From: Macrostomum hystrix
Lineage: Eukaryota > Animalia > Platyhelminthes
Assembly (NCBI GenBank): GCA_950097015.1
Contig: CATNEN010000034.1
Coordinates: 4,836,001 to 4,900,000 of the forward strand
Direction: 5' to 3'
DNA length: 64,000 nucleotides
Part shown: piece after piece, positions 49,138-60,589 of the stretch
Layout: every line of letters starts with the position of its first letter
Numbering within the stretch: the first letter of the stretch is position 1
Notes under the pieces: generated by a model
What the model was told of the DNA's origin: nothing
The model's database searches: none
What the model saw: only the letters and a program-made list of their open reading frames with translations
Program-made: the position numbers and the translations under genes

Positions 49138-50526
49138 CTACATAGGCAAAATGCGTACTAAGGTCTTAACAGTAGAATTCTTTGCTCGCTTGGGGTTGCG
49201 TAACCCCAGAAAAATTTCAACTGTCTCCAAAAAGTTCTCCGTTCGGCAGTCGTGCTTCAAATTGAAGGCTAAGAAAGATAGGACGTAAACTAAAATTGAT
49301 TCGAGCGTTGATGCGACTTTGACTGCAAAGTTCGAAACTCGGACAGCGAACCATCGGTCTTCGAAATTTTCGGCAGCAATGCTCACAATGCGACTGCTAT
49401 CGAAGAACGCATTGAGATCCGTCTGCTTTGTCTTAATGGCCAAAAGCATAAGGCCTCGCTTAAAAAGAACGTCCGGGTCCGCATCTTCGCTTCGATTCTC
49501 GAGATACGGTGCAGCTCGTTTGCTCCTGGAGAAAAGGTCGGCATTACGCCCCATCCAGAGCAGCAGATACCTCAGGCGCTCAGTCAGGGCTTCCATACTG
49601 TACTGAATTGGCAAATAGTCGGATGATAGAGCCGTTGTGTAGAGCTCGACTACTCGTAAAGCCTCCTCGCAGAGAAGGCGAGCGTTGCCGAGTAGAGGAT
49701 AGCTTTTTAGTTGCTCTTCAATGGTCATAAGTTGAGCAGCTACTACACGGTCATTGAACGTCGCCTTCAAAAGCTCGGAGGCTTCTTTAATCGGCACAAC
49801 AAGATCGCCATCGTCGATCATTTCGCGCATTTTTGAGTAGTCGAAAGATTCGCCTGCTTCCATCACATCCTCGTCGATCATCGATGCCAAATCACTGGCA
49901 CGAACATCGTGCGCACTGTTTGAGTCGGAAGAAGCGGGTTCATCATTTTCAGCTGAGTCAGAGACAGAGTCACTCTGATGACCCAGATCCTGGTCACGCC
50001 GTCGGATGTGCTTCGCACTCGTTGCACTTGCAGCAGCAGCAGCACCACCATCACCAGGCTTTTGCTTCTCAGCGAACTTTTGGCGCATAGCTAAAATTTT
50101 AGGCGGCAGTTCTTCGGTGGCAACAAACGCCTTTTGCCGCCAAAATCGCAATCGTCGACGAATTCTGAGGCGCCAATAGTCGTGGCCTGAACCGAGGAAG
50201 GCACTCGAGTCTGCTAAATTGGGAAACTGTCCAATGATTGCGCTAGAAAATACTTCTAGCTCCTTGTGCTCGAGGTGTGGCTTGTCGCGATTTATGTAAT
50301 TGGACGTGATGTCAGCCACTATTTGGCGTAGAATGGCGTTGACGAAACACTGGTCATTCTTTAATCGGGTAGCCTTCTCTTTCGAATCAGCTAAACAAAT
50401 TTTCTCGACCAGATCATAAGGGTACTCTGGAAGCTTGTATACCAGAGGCACATTTTTTAAAGCAGTCGATTTTTCTGCTTCCTCTGGCTGATTGGCCGAA
50501 ATCCTTCTACAGGTTGCGCAAAACAC
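49138..50526 (-). CDS. 462-aa open ORF homologous to the EnSpm accessory ORF, located in the P-like element
   Basis: Uninterrupted frame; N-part AII.QFP.L.D...G...W..RIRRR; C-terminus clearly paralogous to 46166-46650. Confidence 0.75.
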   Translation of the reverse strand: MFCATCRRISANQPEEAEKSTALKNVPLVYKLPEYPYDLVEKICLADSKEKATRLKNDQCFVNAILRQIVADITSNYINRDKPHLEHKELEVFSSAIIGQFPNLADSSAFLGSGHDYWRLRIRRRLRFWRQKAFVATEELPPKILAMRQKFAEKQKPGDGGAAAAASATSAKHIRRRDQDLGHQSDSVSDSAENDEPASSDSNSAHDVRASDLASMIDEDVMEAGESFDYSKMREMIDDGDLVVPIKEASELLKATFNDRVVAAQLMTIEEQLKSYPLLGNARLLCEEALRVVELYTTALSSDYLPIQYSMEALTERLRYLLLWMGRNADLFSRSKRAAPYLENRSEDADPDVLFKRGLMLLAIKTKQTDLNAFFDSSRIVSIAAENFEDRWFAVRVSNFAVKVASTLESILVYVLSFLAFNLKHDCRTENFLETVEIFLGLRNPKRAKNSTVKTLVRILPM

Positions 50527-50729
50527 TCTGGAGTAAAGTGTTCAGAGCACACCTTGGAATGCTTTGAAGGTTTAAAATCTTTGCGGCGGAGAGCAGCTAT
50601 CCATTTTTTCTTAACATCATTGTCCTTCGGGAAGGAGTGAAATGAGATTGCTGACGAACTTGAGGCCCTGTTGCTACAGCCAAATGCTGTGCAGAAGTGA
50701 CTGTTTCCTGGCTTATTAGCTTGCTGCAT
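50457..50729 (-). CDS. THAP zinc-finger DNA-binding domain
   Basis: C2CH pattern: CTAFGC..FHSFP..W...R..VCSEHF. Confidence 0.92.
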   Translation of the reverse strand: MQQANKPGNSHFCTAFGCSNRASSSSAISFHSFPKDNDVKKKWIAALRRKDFKPSKHSKVCSEHFTPECFAQPVEGFRPISQRKQKNRLL

Positions 50730-51275
50730 GGTATGCTGATTGAATTATTTTTCGCTACACATTCATCAGTTTTCTTAATTCATCAACCATATATATATTT
50801 CATTTGTACTTAGCAGTCAGTACAACCATGTGTGCTTGATGAGATTTTAGTCAGAAGAACTGCATGGGGACCAGGGCACCCCACTATCCCACTGTTCCAT
50901 TATCGATCGGGGGAAAGGAAAACTGAGTGCCATTTCCTCTATGACAAACAAGACACGCACCCCTTAGTGTGGGGAACACCCGCATGCGCAGTCTAGTTAT
51001 ATTACTTGGTCTGTGGTTTTATCCTTCTAAGGCACTGGTCTCTTATTCTCCAGTCTTTGCTGGGCGTTTTCAGTGGATCAGAGGGTCACAGCCTCAAATA
51101 ATCAACTTAACACTTGAACACCTTCTTACTCAGTTATAGCTTATTTGCTTTTCGACACACTGGCACATTTATTTGTCTCACATGAATTGCAGTCGTTTAT
51201 ATACACAAAAAGGTTTTTTAAATGAATGAATTTGACAGAATATTAATAATATTTTACATATTAAAAATTTATGTA

Positions 51276-51485
51276 TATTATAAATACCGCAATGAAAGTC
51301 GTATATAAATACTGCATTAAAAACTGCATCGAAAGTTGTATATAAATACCGCATCGAAAGTCGTATATAAATACCGCTTTGAAAACCACATTGAAAGTCG
51401 TATATAAATACCGCATTGAAAACAGTCGTATATAATTACCGCATCAAAAGTAGTATATAAATACCGCATTGAAAACCGCATCAAA
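51276..51485. repeat. Degenerate about 22-bp array (TATATAAATACCGCATTGAAAG)
   Basis: Directly visible; reverse complement of the 37220 array family. Confidence 0.8.
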
Positions 51486-51489
51486 AACT

Positions 51490-51723
51490 CTCTGCTCTGT
51501 TTCTAAGGGACTCTTGTGGGATCTCGGCTTTGTTTCTAAGGAACTCTTGTGGGATCTCTGCTCTGTTTCTAAGGAGCTCTTGTGGGATCTCTGCTTTGTT
51601 TCTAAGGAACTCTTGTGGGATCTCTGCTCTGTTTCTAAGGAACTCTTGTGGGATCTCTGCTCTGTTTCTAAGGAACTCTTGTGGGATCTCTGCTCTGTTT
51701 CTAAGGAACTCTTGTGGGATCTC
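51490..51723. repeat. 33-bp minisatellite (CTCTGCTCTGTTTCTAAGGAACTCTTGTGGGAT) x7
   Basis: Directly visible. Confidence 0.95.
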
Positions 51724-52334
51724 AGCACTGTCAAAAGTGCCAGTAATTCCGTGATTTGGGTTCTTCCCGGTGTCTGAAATGGTAAAAAAAGAACAATGGT
51801 AAAATGTGTTTCAAACCTAAGGTTACGACCCTAAGATTAAAAAACGAAATATTTATGTTTTTGATAAATAAATCAGGCAAAATGGGTGCCTTTTACATTA
51901 TTGCAACTGTTTAACTCATTATTGTTGAATTCTGTGCCTAAATCTGTTATCTTTTGACAGAAAAACAACTTACAATTCAAAAAATATATTTGCCGGATTT
52001 CTGTTGTTACGACCCTAAGAGTGATTCTAGCCTTTAATTCAAGTTCATGATCGTCTTTTATTCATCCGTTTCTTTGGTCATGTGTTAGTTCACAGATTTT
52101 TTAGCATTTTAGGACCAAGTAATCATGACAGCACTATTTTTGACAGTGCAACTTTGAATTTTATCTGTAAATGTTACGACCCTATTTACATGGAATGGCC
52201 CACTTAGTTATTCAATTCCAAATCTTTAATACTTTATAGTAATAAACAAGACAGTGTTTTAAAACAAAATATCACAAAAATGTGCTAATACTTTTCTTAT
52301 CAGAAAATGTTGCATGAAATTAAATAGTATTATA

Positions 52335-53090
52335 TAGTAACATAAAACAGAGGGCCTGGAGTGATGGTTCTGGAGCCGGCAGAGACAGAGGCTTGCTTCG
52401 GCTGAATGCCCGTTGGCTGTGGCAATGCTGGTGACTTTGAAGCCGATGCTGAAGTGGTCTTCTTAGCAAGAAATCTGGCTTTGGTGCAATCGGTCTGCAC
52501 TGGCGGCCCGTCAGTGGCTGATTTGGAATGGCAATGCTCACGGTCGACCTTATTCCAAGGGGATGCCTGTTGAGGATAACCTGTGACATGGGTATGGCAG
52601 ATGCGGCTTGAGCCTGCACCACGCTGCAGCCTTTGGCCGCCACCACGTAGACTGGCAAGTGGCTGCTAGGCAGAGTCCTCTTGAAGGCTGTTTCCTTCAT
52701 TTAATTGATCACTTCCTTCTTCTGTTCCTCTGTAAGATCTGAACCAATGGTGACTTTACTGATCCATGCATCTCGACGTCGAGTGCAGCATCGTCGCTGC
52801 CCAGGCCTGGGCCACCCACCATGACATTAACCATCCAAATCATTCGCTCGTTGGCGGATCCGCTCCAGCCTCCGTCACCTCGCCTCTGCCTTTATCGCCT
52901 CCCATCACCTTCAGCACCTCCCGACTTCGCCCGCCCTCATCAAGCCGCTGCACTCTGGCGTCCAACGGCACCTCAGCTCCCGTGAAGCGCACCACCTGCT
53001 TGGTCGTCCTGCGCCGCAGGTCGATAAGTCCGAGCTCTCCCTGCCGCGCCGTGACCGCGCCACGCTAGCTCAGCTTCGTTCCGGACACTT
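52335..53090 (+). mobile_element. Degraded I-clade LINE fragment (RNase H-like region and C-terminus)
   Basis: WSDGS, DFEADAE and LPRRDRATLAQLRSGH motifs across broken frames. Confidence 0.55.
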
Positions 53091-54194
53091 GAGATGACGT
53101 CTGGCTGTTGGCACTAGATATAGCATTCGCTGCTAGAACAGACGATGCAAAAAATTTATATCTTGAATTCTTTGCTCCGCTCACATGTGCCTGTTAAAAA
53201 AGAAGCTTGAGTTAATATTCAACAGCGCCCATTATCCTCTCCTTGATAATGTTGGTATTGCATTTCTTCCTTAATTAAGTGATAATCCATCCCTTAGATT
53301 CATAGCAAAACTGTTGATGTTTTACTAAACCTGTTAGCGGCTGTCCCAACAAGTATTAGATTTCTACCATTTTTTTGTTGTATAGCCTGGACGGTTTCTT
53401 CAGTGCACCCTGCTTTGGCCCAACTAATGCTGAAAAATCTAACAGATACTGCACAATGGCCCAACACTTCAACGCTTCTGTTGACTCTGCAAGAGAGCAA
53501 CGCTCTTAGGGGCCCTGCTTTGGAAATTGTTCAGCAAGTAGGCAGAAATGATACACACAGGCCAACAAGTATTCTGCAATAAATTTATTCAGAACTCGAA
53601 TTCCCATACTGCGCTCTGCAGTTGGTTAAATATAGAGTTGTTTTTTGGATTGAACACTTTTTGAAGTACAAATGTATTGTTTTTACCTGGTAAAATATGT
53701 ACTCAGTGATTTACTCTGATTTACAGCATCATGTCTCGTACATGTTTCGACATTTAGTTTAAACCTATAAAAATCGTTTTCGGTCGCAATCCTTTGTCTC
53801 GGGCATTCATAAAATGTAATGAAATGTTCTTTGTCGAAGAGCTTTTAAATTATTAACGCGAGTAATGTCAAGGAGCTGATATGCCAACATTTCACAATTA
53901 AATTCAAATTACATTAAAGGTATTAACAAGCATAATAATAAATAACTAAAATGAAATGGCATAAACATACAATCATTAAGCATTAATAATGAATGTTTAG
54001 TTATTTGTAAAACTAGTGGGTTCTACTTTCGACAGTTTATTACTGCCACGAGTGAATACATGTTCGCTTTGCAACTTTGCTTTCTTCGCATTTAATCCAA
54101 GTCCATGCGCTAAGTCTTACGCAGAAACCATACTGTAAGCGTGAAATGCACAAAAAGGTGCTAATGTTGACATTTGGGTTCTGTTTATAGACTA

Positions 54195-54236
54195 TGTTGG
54201 CGGGCAAACATCGGCTGGCAAACGTCGTAGACCCCA
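54195..54236. mobile_element. Solo end of the CTGGCAAAC-MULE family
   Basis: GGCTGGCAAACGTCGTAGACCC matches the reverse complement of the MULE terminus at 40959. Confidence 0.7.
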
Positions 54237-54728
54237 CGACGCTGTGGAAGCCTTGTCAAACCTGTCGTGCGTTTTCAGGCACACTGATAAAGAAGTACAA
54301 AGTAGAACTGCTCAAACTTTTAGAAGCAGGATTTTTTTAAATTACATATTGGAATCCCTCTTAAAAAGGGAGTTGTTATGTTATGATAGAAAATCGTTAT
54401 CTCTTTTTTGAGATTTGTTTTATTATTGGCTCGACTGCTATGACTTAATAAACGAGCTAAAGAGCACTCAAAGCTCTTTAAGCATTTTCTTATCCTCAAT
54501 CTGTAAGAAATAATAGTTACTAATGGAGTCTGATATTCACAAGTTTGTGTATATGTAATCTAGGAATTGAAATTAACTCTCAGAATGGTTGACATTCAAA
54601 CATCTTTGTGCTTTTTGTTTGAGTTTTAGTTTATTTCGTCCTTTGGAGACCTAGTCACTTAGAAGGAGAAGTGCAAAAGTACAATAGCAACCGCCTGCCA
54701 CTCTGGTGCATTCACCTTCAACCCGCAG

Positions 54729-55430
54729 ATGTTTGACCCGAGCATAAAGAAGAAGAAGAAGAAGGTCGAGGTCGAGGATGTGCCCGATGATGCCCCAGCT
54801 GTTGATGACGAGCTGGAGGCAGATTTCAATCTGGAGAGCAAAAAGAAGAAAAAAGCCAAGGAGCGGCCGGCAGCAGCAGCTGAGGACGACGGTGGCTCTG
54901 CAGCAGGAGCGGCGTCCGGGCTAGAGGGCGGGCCAGGCGAGGACGCGGACTATACTTACAATGACCTCCTGAGCCGGGCCTTCAGAGCCATGATGGAACG
55001 CAATCCGGACATGCTATCCGAGAAGAAAAAAGTGGTGATGAAGCCGCCCTCGCTGATGAGGGTCGGCACCAAGAAGACCGCCTTCGCCAACTTCACAGAT
55101 ATCAGCAAGCAGATCAGACGCAAGCCGGACCACCTGCTGGCCTACTTGCTCACTGAGCTGGGAACCACTGGCTCAGTGGACGGCAACAACCAACTCATCA
55201 TAAAGGGCCGCTTTCAGACAAAAAATATAGAAAGTGTGCTGCGCTCCTACATCAAGGAATATGTGATGTGCCACACATGCAGGTCGCACGATACTGAGCT
55301 TGTGAAGGAGACTCGGCTCTTCTTCCTGCAGTGCAGCACCTGCGGCAGTCGCTGCTCCGTGGCCAGCATCAAGTCCGGCTTCCAGGCTCAAGTTGGCAGG
55401 CGTGCCGCCCAGAGGGCGAAAGCCACTTGA
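54729..55430 (+). CDS. EIF2S2: Translation initiation factor eIF2 beta subunit, 233 aa, single exon (copy 2)
   Basis: Same protein as copy 1 except for one V/E difference. Confidence 0.95.
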   Translation: MFDPSIKKKKKKVEVEDVPDDAPAVDDELEADFNLESKKKKKAKERPAAAAEDDGGSAAGAASGLEGGPGEDADYTYNDLLSRAFRAMMERNPDMLSEKKKVVMKPPSLMRVGTKKTAFANFTDISKQIRRKPDHLLAYLLTELGTTGSVDGNNQLIIKGRFQTKNIESVLRSYIKEYVMCHTCRSHDTELVKETRLFFLQCSTCGSRCSVASIKSGFQAQVGRRAAQRAKAT

Positions 55431-56904
55431 TTTGCTTCTCATTCTTAACTGTCACTTCTGACCTATTTTGGATAACATCAGTTTAGTCTGGTTGTTTTTG
55501 GATTCATTTGAGACAAGAAGGGCAAGAATTTTATTGACATCAGAACCCTAGAGAGCCTATAGTTCTTACATCTTCTCAAAAGTCATCATTCTTTTTTGCG
55601 GACTTGGAGCTTAAACACACGTACTGACTACATAAATTGAAATAATTTCGCGCTGAGAGAAAATATTACTTTGGTGCTCACGAACGTGCGAATAATAATT
55701 GAACCTTCGAAGTTACCATTGAATGGACATTAAATAACTTTTAGCCAACATTGAATCGTGTCGCATGATGCATTTGAATTAGAGTGATTTGGCACCTGAA
55801 ATTAACGTTTATTATTTTTTGCTGTTGTTTTTTGTTTTGTCGGCCTTGCTTATTTCGGCTATTCAATGTTTTTTGGGTAAAAAATATAAATCCGAAGGTG
55901 AGAAGCAAGCAGTTTGAGGAATGCTGAATAACTCTAATGTACAATTATAATTACTATTCCACAGAGTTTTAAACTAAATAAAATACAATTTAAGTTAGTA
56001 TCTAGAACTTGGCTACTATTCTAGCTATTTATTAACTTTGCGGGAGTATGTTAACAAAACAAATGCCGCATATTTAAGAAATCCGGTTTCTGAAAAAATA
56101 TGTTTTTAAGCGCATTCTGTTTCATATGTTCAACTAGTTTCCATCCTTAGTTGTAACATTAATCCATGATAGTATATTACGCTGTGCTTATTTAAATCTG
56201 TTTATTTTTATGACTCTTTGGCTGCTTCGATATAGCCAAGTAAGTTTATAGAGTATAAAGTAACAGCAAATGTTTCATGGTGTTTGCTTTTTCGTTTGTA
56301 CGAGTATGTTTGTTTGCCGCTTTGCAGTGTTGAAGTATTGTTATTTAATAATATACCATCGTTGCTAATTGAGTAATATGAGGAATCTGCTATCACTGCA
56401 ATTTTTGTGTCAGTAAAAATAATTTTGTCTAGGTATTTTAAATTAAATTAAATTTTGTAGGCTCTTGGACCATTCAGATATTCAGTTATGAGTGGAAATT
56501 ACTTTAAACAGACTCCGAAAAAGATTTCTTCTGACTGCGAAATTGAACCTAAAAAAACTTAGAATATTAGTATGCATGTATTATTCTGCATGCACAATTT
56601 ATTAGGTAGCTCGTAAGCTCGCGGCTGATTCATTTTGCATTTTTTTGCTGCATTAAGTGATGCCTACAAAATGAAGTCACTGGCTCAGCAACTCGATGAT
56701 AGCCTCAATAAGTCCATGCATGATGCCCACAAATACAAGGTCCCTAAAAATAATCATCATCATAACAGACGCTGCATAAGCATCGAGCACACGCAGCTTG
56801 TATGCCTTCGAGTCAAGGCGAGAGGCAGTCACAGGCGTCAGGCCAATCGACGTCAGGTCATCATAGAAAGTCTTAAGTAAGATGCAGTAACGGGCTATAA
56901 GTTC

Positions 56905-58865
56905 ATGATGCCCCCAAACCCATGATAGCCTCCATAAGTCCATGATAGCCTCCCCAAACCCATGATAGCCTCCCCAAACCCATGATAGCCTCCCCAAACC
57001 CATGATAGACTCCCCAAACCCATGACAGCCTCCCCAAACCCATGATAGACTCCCCAAACCCATGACAGCCTCCATATGTCAATGATAGCCTCCCCAAACC
57101 CATGATAGCCTCCCCAAACCCATGACAGCCTCCATAAGTCCATGATAGCCTCCCCAAACCCATGATAGCCTCCCCAAACCCATGATAGCCTCCCCAAACC
57201 CATGATAGACTCCCCAAACCCATGACAGCCTCCCCAAACCCATGACAGCCTCCCCAAACCCATGATAGCCTCCATAAACCCATGATAGCCTCCCCAAACC
57301 CATGATAGACTCCCCAAACCCATGACAGCCTCCATATGTCAATGATAGCCTCCCCAAACCCATGATAGCCTCCCCAAACCCATGATAGCCTCCCCAAACC
57401 CATGACAGCCTCCATGTCAATGATAGCCTCCCCAAACCCATGATAGCCTCCCCAAACCCATGATAGCCTCCCCAAACCCATGATAGCCTCCCCAAACCCA
57501 TGATAGCCTCCATAAACCCATGATAGCCTCCATAAGTCCATGATAGCCTCCCCAAACCCATGATAGCCTCCCCAAACCCATGATAGCCTCCCCAAACCCA
57601 TGATAGACTCCCCAAACCCATGACAGCCTCCCCAAACCCATGACAGCCTCCCCAAACCCATGATAGCCTCCATAAACCCATGATAGCCTCCCCAAACCCA
57701 TGATAGACTCCCCAAACCCATGACAGCCTCCATGTCAATGATAGCCTCCCCAAACCCATGATAGCCTCCCCAAACCCATGATAGCCTCCCCAAACCCATG
57801 ATAGCCTCCCCAAACCCATGATAGCCTCCATAAACCCATGATAGCCTCCCCAAACCCATGATAGCCTCCCCAAACCCATGATAGCCTCCCCAAACCCATG
57901 ATAGACTCCCCAAACCCATGATAGACTCCCCAAACCCATGACAGCCTCCCCAAACCCATGACAGCCTCCCCAAACCCATGATAGCCTCCCCAAACCCATG
58001 ATAGACACCCAAACCCATGATAGACTCCCCAAACCCATGATAGCCTCCCCAAACCCATGATAGACTCCCCAAACCCATGACAGACTCCCCAAACCCATGA
58101 CAGCCTCCCCAAACCCATGATAGACTCCCCAAACCCATGATAGCCTCCCCAAACCCATGATAGACTCCCCAAACCCATGACAGCCTCCATATGTCAATGA
58201 TAGCCTCCCCAAACCCATGACAGCCTCCCCAAACCCATGATAGCCTCCATAAACCCATGATAGCCTCCCCAAACCCATGATAGCCTCCATAAACCCATGA
58301 TAGCCTCCCCAAACCCATGATAGCCTCCCCAAACCCATGATAGCCTCCATAAACCCATGATAGCCTCCCCAAACCCATGATAGACTCCCCAAACCCATGA
58401 CAGCCTCCATATGTCAATGATAGCCTCCCCAAACCCATGATAGCCTCCCCAAACCCATGATAGCCTCCCCAAACCCATGATAGACTCCCCAAACCCATGA
58501 TAGCCTCCCCAAACCCATGATAGCCTCCCCAAACCCATGATAACCTCCCCAAACCCATGATAGACTCCCCAAACCCATGACAGCCTCCATATGTCAATGA
58601 TAGCCTCCCCAAACCCATGATAGCCTCCCCAAACCCATGATAGACTCCCCAAACCCATGATAGCCTCCCCAAACCCATGATAGCCTCCCCAAACCCATGA
58701 TAGCCTCCATAAGTCCATGATAGACTTCAAAAGTCCATGATAGCCTCCATAAGTCGATGATAGCCTTCAAAAGTCCATGATAGCCTCCATAAAAACCCAT
58801 GATAGCCTCCATAAAAACCCATGATAGCCTCCATAAAAACCCATGATAGCCTCCATAAATCCATG
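56905..58865. repeat. 20-bp minisatellite (CATGATAGCCTCCCCAAACC)
   Basis: Directly visible, about 98 units, with a drifting 3' end. Confidence 0.98.
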
Positions 58866-59063
58866 ATGACCTACAGCTGAATCCATGATTCCCTCTCATG
58901 CTACGATTGGCTGTCCCCAAATGTATGGACGATTGTCGCAGCTTAAAAATTAAAAAAACTTAAAAAGAAAAAAAATAGAAAGATAAAGATTGCATTCTGC
59001 TGCTTGCATGCTTGTGTGCGGCGAGTTTGAAATCTTTAGTTTCAGTTTGAAGTAACAAATAAT

Positions 59064-59298
59064 TCAAGCCGCTCGCCAAAGGAACGAAGGCGGTGGATCG
59101 TTGCCAGTGTCCGGTACGAACGGCATGCCCATCAGCGGTCCAGGCGCGTTGAACATTGTCGGCGCCGGATGCTCGGCCGGTGGCTGGTTGTCGCTGCTTT
59201 GAAATGTCGGCGGCGGCGTCGCAGGGCGAGATGGATGCGATTCGCTTGGCTTCTCATCGACCAAAGGGTTGATTGAGGATGCGACTCGAAGCTTGGGT
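59064..59298 (-). CDS. Single-pass membrane protein, last exon (Pro-rich cytoplasmic tail)
   Basis: ttgcag acceptor, phase 2 matching the upstream donor; PKLRVASSINPLVDEKPSE...FLWRAA-stop. Confidence 0.7.
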
Positions 59299-59336
59299 CT
59301 GCAAGTGGACGTGACACTAAATTATTTGAACTACGC

Positions 59337-60555
59337 TGAGGCCTGTCACTCTACCAGCTTCAATCGGTATGCCTGTCACTCTACCAGCTTCAATCGGTAT
59401 GCCTGTCACTCTCTCAGCTTCAATCGGTATGCCTGTCACTCTACCAGCTTCAATCGGTATGCCTGTCACTCTCTCAGATTCAATCGGAATGCCTGTCACT
59501 CTCTCAGATTCAATCGGAATGCCTGTCACTCTACCAGCTTCAATCGGGATGCCTGTCACTCTACTAGCTTCAATCGGTATGCTTGTCACTCTACCAGCTT
59601 TAATCGGGACGCCTGTCACTCTACCAGCTTCAATCAGTATGCCTGTCACTCTACCAGCTTCAATCAGTATGCCTGTCACTCTACCAGCTTCAATCGGTAT
59701 GCTTGTCACTCTACCAGCTTCAATCGGGACGCCTGTCACTCTACCAGCTTCAATCGGGACTCCTGTCACTCTCAGATTCAATCGGTATGCCTGTCACTCT
59801 ACCAGATTCAATCGGTATGCCTGTCACTCTCTCAGATTCAATCGGTATGCCTGTCACTCTCTCAGATTCAATCGGTATGCCTGTCACTCTCTCAGCTTCA
59901 ATCGGTATGCCTGTCACTCTACCAGCTTCAATCGGTATGCCTGTCACTCTCTCAGCTTCAATCGGTATGCCTGTCACTCTACCAGCTTCAATCGGTATGC
60001 CTGTCACTCTCTCAGATTCAATCGGAATGCCTGTCACTCTCTCAGATTCAATCGGAATGCCTGTCACTCTACCAGCTTCAATCGGGATGCCTGTCACTCT
60101 ACTAGCTTCAATCGGTATGCTTGTCACTCTACCAGCTTTAATCGGGACGCCTGTCACTCTACCAGCTTCAATCAGTATGCCTGTCACTCTACCAGCTTCA
60201 ATCAGTATGCCTGTCACTCTACCAGCTTCAATCGGTATGCTTGTCACTCTACCAGCTTCAATCGGGACGCCTGTCACTCTACCAGCTTCAATCGGGACTC
60301 CTGTCACTCTCAGATTCAATCGGTATGCCTGTCACTCTACCAGATTCAATCGGTATGCCTGTCACTCTCTCAGATTCAATCGGTATGCCTGTCACTCTCT
60401 CAGATTCAATCGGTATGCCTGTCACTCTCTCAGATTCAATCGGAATGCCTGTCACTCTACCAGCTTTAATCGGGACGCCTGTCACTCTACCAGCTTCAAT
60501 CGGGACGCCTGTCACTCTACCAGCTTCAATTGGTATGCCTGTCACTCTCTCAGAT
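59337..60555. repeat. 30-bp intronic minisatellite (GCCTGTCACTCTACCAGCTTCAATCGGTAT) with a 538-bp higher-order duplication
   Basis: A 28-bp variant unit recurs at 59761 and 60299. Confidence 0.97.
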
Positions 60556-60589
60556 CCACAATGACTGCCGGCATCCTGAAATGACTTAC

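Larger units (their letters stand above)
40901..51015 (-). mobile_element. P-element-like DNA transposon derivative, 10115 bp including nested elements
   Basis: 31-bp TIRs CACAGACCAAGTAATATAAC(C/T)AGACTGCGCA; 8-bp TSD GTTTTATC (40893-40900, 51016-51023); THAP ORF and P-transposase C-terminus; related empty site near 23195-23270. Confidence 0.88.
35607..52201. mobile_element. Putative outer TIR element hosting the nested cluster (unclassified, 5-bp TSD)
   Basis: Ends (T/G)GGCCATTCCATGTAA(C/A)TAGG in inverted orientation; ACTTA at 35602-35606 and 52202-52206. Confidence 0.45.

Noticed and set aside
50450-50470. Programmed -1 frameshift at TTTAAAAAA joining THAP to the next ORF
   Set aside because: The slippery heptamer is not in the THAP reading frame; an indel or splicing is more plausible.
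51726-52148. Mini CACTG element
   Set aside because: Inverted CACTGTCAAAA motifs are present but the flanks (AG versus CA) give no TSD; more likely subterminal motifs.
56677-58920. Long Gly-rich ORFs up to 591 aa
   Set aside because: Translations of the 20-bp array that cycle through frames.
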